Assembly (NCBI GenBank): GCA_963714955.1 | Contig: CAVQQJ010000008.1 | Location: 2,498,049 to 2,562,048 of the forward strand | DNA: 64,000 bases | Source of the DNA: an uncultured Bacteroidota bacterium | GTDB taxonomy: Bacteria > Bacteroidota > Ignavibacteria > Kryptoniales > JAKASW01 | Direction of reading: 5' to 3' | Shown here: one piece after another, positions 29,341-38,299 of the stretch | Position numbering within the stretch: position 1 is the first letter of the stretch | Layout of the letters: each line of letters begins with the position of its first letter | Notes under the pieces: model-generated | Told to the model about the DNA's origin: nothing | What the model saw: the letters and a program-made list of their open reading frames with translations, nothing else | The model's database searches: none | Translations under genes and position numbers: made by a program

Positions 29341-31110
29341 TTGAAAGAGAAGAGTTTGGACGGCGACCAAATCATCGAGTTGACTTCACTTATTGAGACG
29401 GCACAGATTCTCAATTCGTCTCTGGATTACAAATTCATATTGAACCATATCATGCTCGCCACCATGGGCAAGGTGGGAATCTCTAAAAGCGCTTTAGCAG
29501 TAGATCCATCCCTTTTCTCAGGCGGTGGTGCATACATCAAACTGGAAAAGGGAATCTTGCTGGAAGATTCGCTCCTTTCCGAATTATTTAAACTGGATCT
29601 TGAGGGGTCGGCCGATGTGACTTACCTCCACAATCCCATAAGGGATAAAATAATTGCTGCAAGTGCAAGCAGAGTGTTTGCAATCCGGACATCCCAACAC
29701 CTTCTCGGTTACCTGGTGATCGGGGAAAAAAGGATTTGGGCAAGCGAGCCGGACAATTCGGCACGAGAGGTCTCATCTGACCGCAAACTTGCACCGACCG
29801 AGATCGAATTCGTTTCGACGCTTTGCAATATTGCTGCCGCGGCGATTGAAAACGCGAGCGTCTTCCAGAGATATAAGGACTCGAATTCTGAATTGCAACA
29901 ACGCGTGCAGGAACTCCAAACACTCTTTGAGCTTAGTAAGGAATTTAATCTCCTGCTTGATGAAGCTCGTGCCGTGAGAACATTGGAATTTGCGGTAATG
30001 GGACAGACTGGTGCGAGGAAATTCGCAATTTGCTTGATGCGCAATTCGAAACCGCAAATTGTAGTCAACAGAATTCCTGGGATAGAGAGGATTGACTTTG
30101 CGGCTGAGCCGTTTGTGGAATCGCTCTGTGCTGCCGGTCAACCTGCAAGGCTTGCCGATGTTGTTGAAGAACTTCCGTCGGTTAAGGCTTTAATTGAAAC
30201 CGGTGCGGAGGTTATGGTGCCGTTCCAACTGCAGGGGGAGGCGCATGGATTGTTGATTCTCGGCGAAAGGATGTCGCATGCGTATTATTCCGATTCTGAA
30301 ATCAATTTCCTTTCGTCGTTGTGCAATTTAGCCGCAATGGCGATCGACAACGCAAGACTTTTCGAAGAATCACTCGCGATGCAGAGGTTAGAGGAAGAAT
30401 TGAACCTTGCCCATACTATACAGGAAAAGTTGCTACCGCGCGAAATGCCGGTTTTCCCCGGCTGCGAACTAAAAGCTTATCATGTGCCGACCAAACAGGT
30501 GGGCGGAGATTACTTTGATTTGATCAAGATCGACCCGGATACACTTTGTCTCGCGATAGCAGACGTCTCGGGCAAAGGTTTCCCGGCGGCACTCCTGATG
30601 GCGAACTTGCAGTCCGCCTTTCACGCATTGATCGGGACCGGAATGCGGCTCGTCGAAGTGTGTGAAAGACTCAACGAAATCGTCTATGAGAATACGGATT
30701 TTGATAAATTCATTACCTTCTTTACAGCAATCTACAATTCAACAGACAAAACGTTGAAGTATGTTAACGCCGGGCATAATTACCCGTTCCTTGTCGGGAA
30801 TGACGGGAAGATCGTCAGGCTTGATAAAGGGGGACTTATGCTCGGCGTTATGGAGAACGTCAGATTCGAAGTCGGTTCGGAAAGAATAAAGAGCGGTGAC
30901 TTACTGTATATGTTCACCGATGGGGTCAACGAGGCGATGAACACGAAAGACGAACAATTCACAGAAGAAAGACTCGAGAAACTTTTGAGCCAAAATGCCA
31001 ATCTTACCGCCGAAGGACTCCTGGACTTGATACGGTCTCAGGTGTCGGCTTTCGTCGGCGACGCAGCCCAGAGCGACGATATAACTCAACTCTGCGCAAA
31101 GTTTCTCTGA
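29341..31110 (+). CDS. Cytoplasmic GAF-GAF-PP2C (SpoIIE/RsbU/RsbP-type) serine phosphatase
   Basis: 589 aa with two GAF-like blocks (..HLLGYLVIGEKR.., ..AHGLLILGERM..). The PP2C block reads LAHTIQEKLLP, GGDYFDL, IADVSGKGFPAALLMA, NAGHNYPF, MFTDGVNEA, SDDITQL. Confidence 0.85.
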   Translation: MKEKSLDGDQIIELTSLIETAQILNSSLDYKFILNHIMLATMGKVGISKSALAVDPSLFSGGGAYIKLEKGILLEDSLLSELFKLDLEGSADVTYLHNPIRDKIIAASASRVFAIRTSQHLLGYLVIGEKRIWASEPDNSAREVSSDRKLAPTEIEFVSTLCNIAAAAIENASVFQRYKDSNSELQQRVQELQTLFELSKEFNLLLDEARAVRTLEFAVMGQTGARKFAICLMRNSKPQIVVNRIPGIERIDFAAEPFVESLCAAGQPARLADVVEELPSVKALIETGAEVMVPFQLQGEAHGLLILGERMSHAYYSDSEINFLSSLCNLAAMAIDNARLFEESLAMQRLEEELNLAHTIQEKLLPREMPVFPGCELKAYHVPTKQVGGDYFDLIKIDPDTLCLAIADVSGKGFPAALLMANLQSAFHALIGTGMRLVEVCERLNEIVYENTDFDKFITFFTAIYNSTDKTLKYVNAGHNYPFLVGNDGKIVRLDKGGLMLGVMENVRFEVGSERIKSGDLLYMFTDGVNEAMNTKDEQFTEERLEKLLSQNANLTAEGLLDLIRSQVSAFVGDAAQSDDITQLCAKFL

Positions 31111-31699
31111 TATGGTTCTTGATTGACAGTGCGCCGTGCCCGACCGTGGTCGGCTTGTCAGGGTTAGAACGCCTTGCCGCTACCGGATAATATGATTTGA
31201 TCCTTAATATTAGTCCGATGATCGATGACAAGATCTTCAGCGAAAGAAATGTTCTCAACTATGCATTAATAGCCACACGATTGGTGCAAAATGAACGGAC
31301 CCACCGCGAATGTATGCTTATGATTCGAAGACTTCGGGTTCTTCCCGGCAAATCAGGAGGCTCCATCAAGAGCTTTTGCTGCAACAAATTCATGCAGAAA
31401 TATTAACTGCATAAACAAGAGGCCAAGACATGCAAGCAGGTACGCTGTTTCGACATTCTTGATCTCGACGAAATAGAATCAGAACGCGCCGCTCATCTTG
31501 AGCCGGTCAGGAAGTCGGAAGAACGGAATAGAATGCTGGTTACCGTAAATTAATCTGGTATTGTCCCTCAGAGACACAATCCAATCTTTCAGCGTTGTGC
31601 ATCGAAGCGCCAGCATGAGATGACACCTTAATCTCCCGGGGTATTTTGTGTTTGTTTTCCATACATTGGATATGATATCTTTAGTTCCGAATAGGTTCG

Positions 31700-32348
31700 A
31701 TGAATACATTCCTTTTTCTCTTTATGACGTACATACTTGGTTTCTTGACGGCGATGCCGATTGGAGCGACGCAAATCGAGATCGCCAAGCGAGCACTCAA
31801 TAATCACTTGCGGGCATCTTACATGGTCGCCGCCGGTTCAGTCAGTTCGGACCTGATGTATGGAGCGATTGCGCTCTTTGGGGTCGCACCATTCATGGAG
31901 AACAAGATCGTCGTGGCCATATTCAGCCTGGCGGCCACAGCGGTTCTTTGGGTATTAGCTTACTTCACTCTCAAGGACGGGAAAGGCTCAAACATGCTCG
32001 AGCTGACCCATCCTATCTTAAAGAACGAACGGAATCTCTTACGTTACCGGGTTTTCACTGGCGGCAACTAATCCGATGATGATAGTGTGGTGGCTGATCG
32101 GCGTAAAGATTATCGAGGATGTTGGACTCGTTTCCAGGTTCGACTTCAACGCTTCCTTGATGTTCTTGATCGCAGGAGGGGCTGGATTGGCAACGTACCT
32201 TTTTTCACTAGCGAATGTTCTCCACAGAGTAAAGAATGTAATCTCCAACGCTACGATGAAGAGAGTGAACTACGCCTTGGGATTTGTTCTCGTTCTGCTC
32301 TCTTTTTACTTCCTCTTGAGTTCGCTTCATACACTCCTCAATCGTTGA
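31700..32348 (+). CDS. LysE/RhtB-type amino-acid exporter family protein, frame interrupted at about 32022-32043
   Basis: ORF 31700-32071 (TM-rich, MPIGATQIEIAKRAL) ends out of frame. The expected continuation ..ISYVTGFSLAATNPMMIVWWLIGVKI is in the frame of ORF 32076-32348, which is open from 32022. Confidence 0.5.
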
Positions 32349-32570
32349 TACCCTACTCTGGCTCCGGGGAAGATTATGTCGAACGTGTGCCGCTTTTCGG
32401 AGTTCCCGAATCAGAATCCGTGTAGACAAATCACGGCGCCCTTCGTATTCCCAATTGACGTGACCTAGACTCTCAAACCCTAAACTCAGGACGAATTTGG
32501 CTGGTTCGAGGATATTTGAAAGAATCCGGCAATTCCCCCCAACTTTTTTCTAATCAGCTGAGTCGAAACT

Positions 32571-33188
32571 ATGAATGGAAGAAAAGCTCTCAGGGAAGTG
32601 AAGGCAACCGAAATAGACCGTGATGTAACGGACGATACGACGCTTGTTCTTAGGGCTCAGAGCGGAGATACTCTTGCGTTTGAAAAACTTGTGGACAAGT
32701 ATGACAGACGAGTTCTGTCGCTTGCATTCTCCTACACGCGGAATTCAGACGACGCGAAAGACATCTATCAGGAAACGCTTATTCGAGCATTCTATTCCAT
32801 CAAGAGGTTCAAAATGAAAAGTGAGTTTTCAACCTGGCTCTATAGAATAGCGAGCAACGTTTGCATCTCATTCAATTATCGGCAGAAAAGAAAGGCTCAA
32901 GTTATTGTTAAGAATTTTCCTGAGGACGGAAATCTTGCCGATCCGGGTACTACGGCCTTCAGTTCTGTTGAAAGCGATCTTCTAAGCTCTGAGGTTGCAA
33001 AGCTCATTGAGCAAGCATTGACTAAACTATCTCCGATGCAAAGATTGGTTTTCACAATGAAGCACTACGAAGGTTATCTGCTTAGAGAAATTGCTCTCTT
33101 TACTAAATCCAGCGAAGGTACCGTGAAGAAGCACCTGTACGTAGCGGTGCGTCGATTGCAGGATGAACTGAGAGATGTAGTTAAGTAG
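32571..33188 (+). CDS. ECF (sigma-70 family, group IV) RNA polymerase sigma factor
   Basis: 205 aa. Region 2 shows AFEKLVDKYDRRVLSLAFSYTRNSDDAKDIYQETLIRAF and FSTWLYRIASN. Region 4 shows LSPMQRLVFTMKHYEGYLLREIALFTKSSEGTVKKHLYVAVRRLQ. Confidence 0.9.
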   Translation: MNGRKALREVKATEIDRDVTDDTTLVLRAQSGDTLAFEKLVDKYDRRVLSLAFSYTRNSDDAKDIYQETLIRAFYSIKRFKMKSEFSTWLYRIASNVCISFNYRQKRKAQVIVKNFPEDGNLADPGTTAFSSVESDLLSSEVAKLIEQALTKLSPMQRLVFTMKHYEGYLLREIALFTKSSEGTVKKHLYVAVRRLQDELRDVVK

Positions 33189-33200
33189 GAGAACAAATAT

Positions 33201-34166
33201 ATGAGACACAAAAGGATTGAGAAACTCATCGTGGTGGATTTCTACGGCGAATTGCCGGCGGATAGCAAAAGAAAACTTGAGAGGCACTTAGTCCGATGTC
33301 TGCCGTGTGGAAATTTCAAGAAAGACCTTGAAAGGATGATTCAACAACCCGATCACGCCGAGGACTCGGTAATCGATGTGGACCTCTTCCAGGTCAGGAG
33401 CGAACTTCGGCGGAGCCTGTCCGGATCAAGTGGGGAGACACCGGGATCTCAAATGTACCAAAGGCTCCTAAAGTCGCGTCAAGCTGCGGCTGTCCCTGTT
33501 TACACAGTCGCCGTGATCGCATTTATAATGCTGGCAGTCGGATTCGGAGCGAGCTATCTCTTCTTTTACCGGACGGGAAATGAAACTGCTTCTGTCATCG
33601 CAGAACTAAATTCACAAAATGAAGCCGTAGCCATCGATAACATCAAATTTGTTTCCACAAATCAAACGACCGGTCAAGTTCAGTTCTCTTTCGATTTCAT
33701 CAAACGCTATGAGATAAAAGGGTCCTTGGACGATCAAGGTGTTCAAAAGATCCTGACTCATGCATTGATCAATTCCGATAACCCGGGGCTGAGGTTAAAG
33801 AGTGTCGGGATGCTGGATGCGGCGGTGAAACCTGACTGGGAGATTGAGACTGCTCTTCTGAAGGCCGCGAAATCAGACGACAATGCCGGCGTGCGCAGAG
33901 AGGCTTTGCTTTCATTGGACAAACTGCCGTTTGACGATGGGATAAGAGGTGCGCTCCTTTTCGTTCTTCAAAATGACAAGAACCCGGGGATGCGTGTAAT
34001 GGCAATTAACTATCTCTCAGAAAAGGGGATTGCGGCGTCTTCATCAAAGACAAAAACAATGGATCCAAATGTAATGGCCGTGTTGAAAGAAAGATCATTA
34101 ACGGACCGGAACAGATACGTTAGGTTAAAGGCGACAGCTATGTTAAAAAGAATTGAGGAGCTTTGA
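33201..34166 (+). CDS. Anti-sigma factor (zf-HC2) with one TM helix and a HEAT-repeat extracytoplasmic domain
   Basis: 321 aa. The N-terminus has HLVRCLPCGNF (an H-x3-C-x2-C zinc motif). The TM helix is VYTVAVIAFIMLAVGFGASYLFF. Four HEAT-like repeats follow (NPGLRLKSVGML, DDNAGVRREALLSL, DKNPGMRVMAINYL, DRNRYVRLKATAML). It is immediately downstream of the ECF sigma gene. Confidence 0.8.
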   Translation: MRHKRIEKLIVVDFYGELPADSKRKLERHLVRCLPCGNFKKDLERMIQQPDHAEDSVIDVDLFQVRSELRRSLSGSSGETPGSQMYQRLLKSRQAAAVPVYTVAVIAFIMLAVGFGASYLFFYRTGNETASVIAELNSQNEAVAIDNIKFVSTNQTTGQVQFSFDFIKRYEIKGSLDDQGVQKILTHALINSDNPGLRLKSVGMLDAAVKPDWEIETALLKAAKSDDNAGVRREALLSLDKLPFDDGIRGALLFVLQNDKNPGMRVMAINYLSEKGIAASSSKTKTMDPNVMAVLKERSLTDRNRYVRLKATAMLKRIEEL

Positions 34167-34167
34167 T

Positions 34168-35308
34168 ATGAAAAATATCGTTTTGACATCCGCTTCAGGT
34201 ACTAATTCTCTTCGCGGGCGTTGTTGCTTGCAAAGCGAGCGGGTCGACTGATTTTCAAAAGAATTTCTTCGTTTCAAAAGGCGGTAAGCTGATCGTTTCG
34301 ATCAGTGGCGGCGACATCGGGATTAAAGTGTGGGATAAGCTCCAGGTTCAGATGATCGCAAAGGACATCGGCGACGATGCGAATCGTGTCGAGATAAGTC
34401 AGACAGGCGATACGGTCAGCGTTAAATACAAATCGCACAAAGAATGGTGGGGGAGTAACCGTGACCTGAGATTTGACTTTTGTGTCCCGGCGAACTTCAA
34501 CCTTGAACTTTCGACATCGGGCGGCGATATCTCGACCAACGGAAAGCTGACCGGCGATGTCAGGCTTTCTACGTCGGGTGGCGATCTGAAGATTGAAGAT
34601 GTCGATGGGACAGTAGACGGAAGGACATCCGGTGGAGACATAGTGGTGCAGGGTTTGCGTAAAGATGCAACACTGTCCACTTCCGGAGGAGATATAAGTG
34701 TCGATCATGCTGGGAGTAATCTGGTGGTTTCAACTTCGGGTGGAGATATTACGGTCGGGAACGTAGAAAAAAACCTATATGCTTCAACTAGTGGTGGAGA
34801 TGTAAGTGTCAAGAAAGTCGGCGGGACAATTCATGCGACTACCTCAAGCGGGGATATGACGATCGGTACGATTGGCGGAAGTGTCAGCCTTTCGACCTCC
34901 GGCGGGGATATATCTCTGAGCTCCGGTAACGGCCGTATTATTGCGAGCACATCTGGCGGAGATGTCAATGTAGAAATCGCAAGAGGATCGGTTGATGTAA
35001 CTTCTGCGGGCGGAACCATTAAGGTAGGTCTTATTCCGAACGGTAACGAGGAGAGCAAAGTCGAATCGAGCGGAGGAGATTTGTATCTGTACGTCCCGGC
35101 AGATGCGAAGGCAAATATTAAAGCGGAAATCATCGGCGGAGACGATGATGAGATAATTAACGGATTAACAGGTGTGACTTCAAAACTGTCGAACGGATCC
35201 GGCAATAAAGAGGCGGATTTCACGCTGAATGGCGGAGGGCAGCAAATATACCTTCATACGTCCGGTGGGAATATCCATGTCGATCGGTTGAATTCAACCT
35301 CCAAGTAA
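34168..35308 (+). CDS. DUF4097 (putative adhesin / LiaG-YvlB-like) repeat protein, frame interrupted at about 34187-34200
   Basis: ATG 34168 opens MKNIVLTSAS. The lipoprotein-like continuation VLILFAGVVACKASGSTDFQKNFFVSKGGKLIVS is in the frame of ORF 34328-35308. The motif (S/T)TSGGD(I/V) is repeated more than 10 times. Confidence 0.75.
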
Positions 35309-35518
35309 ATTCCGACTCTACACATTCGTGGGCGAGCTTTCAATTTGTGTTCGGGGCGACGGTTTCGCTCACGAATAATTTAAACGAACGAGTTGCAGTC
35401 CGGTAGCATCGGAGAATGGATCGGTCGATAACAAGGGACGACGCGTGAACAGTCACAGCGATGGAATTGGCTTAGCGGTAAGCGGACCGAGTAAAAGATC
35501 GATGAGGAGAACGGAAGA

Positions 35519-35917
35519 CTAATTTTTAGAACTGAAGTATTGCTTCATCGGTTTGAAATAGAATTTCTTCCAGCCGTCTTTGTAGGATTCTCCTTGTCTG
35601 TTCGGAATATTGCTATGAGCAAGTGAGAGTCTTGTGCCGCCTTTCACTTCTTTGAGTGTCAGCTCCAAAATTGAATCCTCGCTTCCTTCAGGAAACTCAG
35701 TAGTACGCCACGCCTGCACGATTTTCTCATTGGGCACCAGCTCAATGTTCTTGCCTTTGATGTAGTCCCCGAATGCTGTGAAATGACCCTCGACCTTGGG
35801 TTCTACATTTGCGGATTCGCCTGTGAAAGCGGTGTGCTCCTTCCCGCTTAACCACGCTTTGTAAAGCTGCTTAGGCGTCGCGGGCAAGGTTATCGATATT
35901 TTGAAAGATTCTGCCAT
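35519..35917 (-). CDS. SRPBCC superfamily protein (AHSA1 / activator of Hsp90 ATPase homologue-like)
   Basis: 132 aa with SITLPATPKQLYKAWLSGKEHTAFTG...QAWRTTEFPEGSEDSILELTL...GWKKFYFKPMKQYF. Confidence 0.7.
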   Translation of the reverse strand: MAESFKISITLPATPKQLYKAWLSGKEHTAFTGESANVEPKVEGHFTAFGDYIKGKNIELVPNEKIVQAWRTTEFPEGSEDSILELTLKEVKGGTRLSLAHSNIPNRQGESYKDGWKKFYFKPMKQYFSSKN

Positions 35918-36107
35918 TTACGTTCCTTTTTTGAGGGCCATCGTTGCTTTTCGAATTTAGATCGACGAGTAACAAGATGCAATCAGAGTCCGTGGTACTG
36001 GCTGAAATTTTCAAGCCCGAGTTTTTAGAGGATCGTAAATCCATGCTGAAACCGGTTCGGAATGACATTACGCGACGAGTCGGGGGATTGCGCGATTCGT
36101 TTCTCCT

Positions 36108-36136
36108 TTGATTTTCTCTTTTCGAGAAGCTATATT
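36108..36136 (+). promoter_or_regulatory. Candidate sigma70-type promoter upstream of tRNA-Gln
   Basis: TTGATT (36108-36113), 17 nt, then TATATT (36131-36136), about 65 nt upstream of the tRNA. This is a consensus match only. Confidence 0.3.
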
Positions 36137-36200
36137 TTATGCCTCGACGCTTTTGAAGTTTACCTTGGCTTTCGCTTAGCGTCGGTTATTCATGAAAGTT

Positions 36201-36272
<72 letters not shown>

Positions 36273-36508
36273 CTAGAATTGGTTGATTCTAAAGTCGAAT
36301 TCCTGAAATCTGACCGCACACGAACGTTCGGGAAGGAACCATAAGCCGTCGGTCGCGGACGGAACCTTTCGATCAAGTTCGTGGAAGGTCTTAGCGTTTA
36401 GTTTACAAGTCTGTCAGAAGATTATCTGAGTGGCAAGGTCTTTGGGTAATTCGGTAGACGCGAGAATTTTCGAGTCGGTCCGTTTATCCAGAATCCGAAT
36501 TCTCCTCT

Positions 36509-36575
36509 CGAAGGGATCCCTTTCGGGAGCTGGTTGAGAATCCTTGCATAATGCCCTGAAAGGATCCCTTTCGGG
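36509..36575 (+). repeat. Two copies of a 17-nt near-palindromic element in the prs leader
   Basis: aagggatccctttcggg (36511-36527) and aaaggatccctttcggg (36559-36575) differ at one position. Each is centred on the palindrome GGGATCCC/GGATCC. Their centres are about 48 bp apart, and they lie 20-90 nt upstream of the prs ATG. Confidence 0.6.
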
Positions 36576-36596
36576 CGAAGAAAATCGAAATCCAAA

Positions 36597-37529
36597 ATGG
36601 ACGGAATAAAAATATTTTCGGGCCGCAGCAATATTCCGCTTGCGGATAAGATTTCCCGCGAGATCGGCGAGCCTCTCGGAGAACGAGAGATTATGAATTT
36701 CAGCGACGGGGAGATCTGGGTGAAGTACTCCGACAACATTCGGGGCGCAGATGTCTTTATCATCCAGAGCACTTTTCCTCCGGCTGAAAACCTGATGGAA
36801 CTTCTGATCATGATAGATGCTGCCAAGCGAGCGTCTGCATCTAGAGTTACCGCCGTCATACCTTATTTCGGTTACGCTCGACAGGACAGGAAAGATCAAC
36901 CCCGAGTTGCGATCTCAGCGAAGTTAATTGCCAACCTGTTAACCCAGGCGGGCGCGGAACGAGTGCTCACGATGGATTTGCACGCGGCGCAGATACAGGG
37001 TTTCTTTGATATACCGGTGGATCATCTTTACTCGTCCGCAGTCTTTGTGAAGTATATCAAGGACCTGAAGATACCGAATCTGGTCGTAGTTTCTCCCGAC
37101 GTCGGTGGAATAAAATTCTCCAGAGCATATGCAACACGCCTCGAGGCAGATCTCGTCTTGATCGACAAGAGAAGACCGAAGGCGAACGTGGCTGAAGTCA
37201 TGAATATAATTGGCGACGTGAAGGGTAAGAACGTCCTGATAGTGGATGATCTTATCGATACAGGCGGGACATTTGTGGCTGGCGTGAACGCCTTGAAGGA
37301 TGCGGGAGCAGTTGAGGTTTACGGTGCATGTACACATCCGGTGTTTAGCGGCAATGCTTTTGAGAGAATCAGCGGGAGCCCTATGAAGAAGCTTATCGTG
37401 AGCGACACGGTTCCGTTGAAGAGAGAATCGGATAAAATTGAGGTGAGATCCGTCGCGCGGCTTTTTGCAGAAGCGATTCGGAGAACGTATCAAAATGAGT
37501 CTATCAGTTCATTATTTGAAATCAAGTAG
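36597..37529 (+). CDS. prs: Ribose-phosphate pyrophosphokinase
   Basis: 310 aa with IKIFSGRSNIPLA, YARQDRK and the PRPP loop VLIVDDLIDTGGT. It lies in the conserved prs-rplY(ctc)-pth order. Confidence 0.95.
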   Translation: MDGIKIFSGRSNIPLADKISREIGEPLGEREIMNFSDGEIWVKYSDNIRGADVFIIQSTFPPAENLMELLIMIDAAKRASASRVTAVIPYFGYARQDRKDQPRVAISAKLIANLLTQAGAERVLTMDLHAAQIQGFFDIPVDHLYSSAVFVKYIKDLKIPNLVVVSPDVGGIKFSRAYATRLEADLVLIDKRRPKANVAEVMNIIGDVKGKNVLIVDDLIDTGGTFVAGVNALKDAGAVEVYGACTHPVFSGNAFERISGSPMKKLIVSDTVPLKRESDKIEVRSVARLFAEAIRRTYQNESISSLFEIK

Positions 37530-37537
37530 AGGATGCA

Positions 37538-38254
37538 ATGGAAGAAGTCGTTTTAAATGTCGAGAAAAGGACTTTGATGGGGAAGAAATCGAAGAGACTT
37601 TTTGCAGAAAAAAAAGTCCCGGGAGTTTTCTATCTTGGAAACGAAAATGTTGTTGTTCAAGCGGATGAAGCGCCGGTTAGAGGTCTTGCGACTTCGCGGA
37701 CGACACATCTTGTAAGGGTAAAATTCCAGGATGGCACCGAACGTCGGGCCATACTGAATGACGTGCAGTTCGATCCCGTAGCAGGGCATATATTGCATTT
37801 TGATCTCCATGGTATAAAGGAGGGGCAGAAGATTACCGTACAGGTTGCCGTCAAGTTGGTCGGGTCACCAGTTGGTGTAAAAGATGGGGGTATTCTTCAA
37901 CACTCTCTTCACAGGATTAGAATACAATGTGATCCGGAACAGGTGCCTGAGTTTATTGAGGTGAATATTGGAGAGCTTGGGATCGCCGACTCGGTTCACG
38001 TGAAAGATATAATACTGGAAGGAATAAAGATACTTGATAACCCTGAGTCAGCAATAGTTACCATCGTTCCTCCTCCCGCAATTAAGGAAGAGACTCCTGA
38101 GGCTGCAGCGGCCACCGCAGCGGAGGAGCCTACTGAGCCTGAAGTGATCGGCAAGACGAAGAAGGCTGAGGAAGGTGAAGAGGCAGCAGAGGCTCCAAAG
38201 GAAAAGGACAAGGAGAAGGAGAAGGAGAAGGAGAAGGAGAAGAAGAAATCCTAG
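37538..38254 (+). CDS. rplY: 50S ribosomal protein L25 / general stress protein Ctc, with a Lys/Glu-rich C-terminal tail
   Basis: 238 aa. The L25 N-domain shows LNVEKRTLMGKKSKRLFAEKKVPGVFY. The Ctc-type C-domain shows IPEFIEVNIGELGIADSVHVKDI. The tail is EEGEEAAEAPKEKDKEKEKEKEKEKKKS. Confidence 0.88.
   Translation: MEEVVLNVEKRTLMGKKSKRLFAEKKVPGVFYLGNENVVVQADEAPVRGLATSRTTHLVRVKFQDGTERRAILNDVQFDPVAGHILHFDLHGIKEGQKITVQVAVKLVGSPVGVKDGGILQHSLHRIRIQCDPEQVPEFIEVNIGELGIADSVHVKDIILEGIKILDNPESAIVTIVPPPAIKEETPEAAAATAAEEPTEPEVIGKTKKAEEGEEAAEAPKEKDKEKEKEKEKEKKKS
38210..38239 (+). repeat. Perfect (AAGGAG)x5 hexanucleotide tandem repeat inside the rplY 3-prime end
   Basis: Read directly from the sequence. 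It encodes the (KE)n tail, and each unit is identical to a Shine-Dalgarno core. Confidence 0.9.
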
Positions 38255-38299
38255 TGATCGATTGCTGTCAGATGTGGTTCGCACGAAGGATCGTGTAGT

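Noticed and set aside
31479-31709. 76-aa minus-strand ORF.
   Set aside because: It overlaps the start of the exporter gene. It has no motifs, and its composition is typical of non-coding translation.
36414-36899. Two overlapping minus-strand ORFs (161 and 145 aa).
   Set aside because: They overlap the prs 5-prime end and its leader. prs is unambiguous on the plus strand, and neither ORF has motifs.
38210-38239. Reading the (AAGGAG)x5 repeat as a CRISPR-like or regulatory repeat, or as a cluster of ribosome-binding sites for a downstream gene.
   Set aside because: It lies in frame inside rplY and encodes the KE tail. The next gene (pth) starts 60 nt further on.
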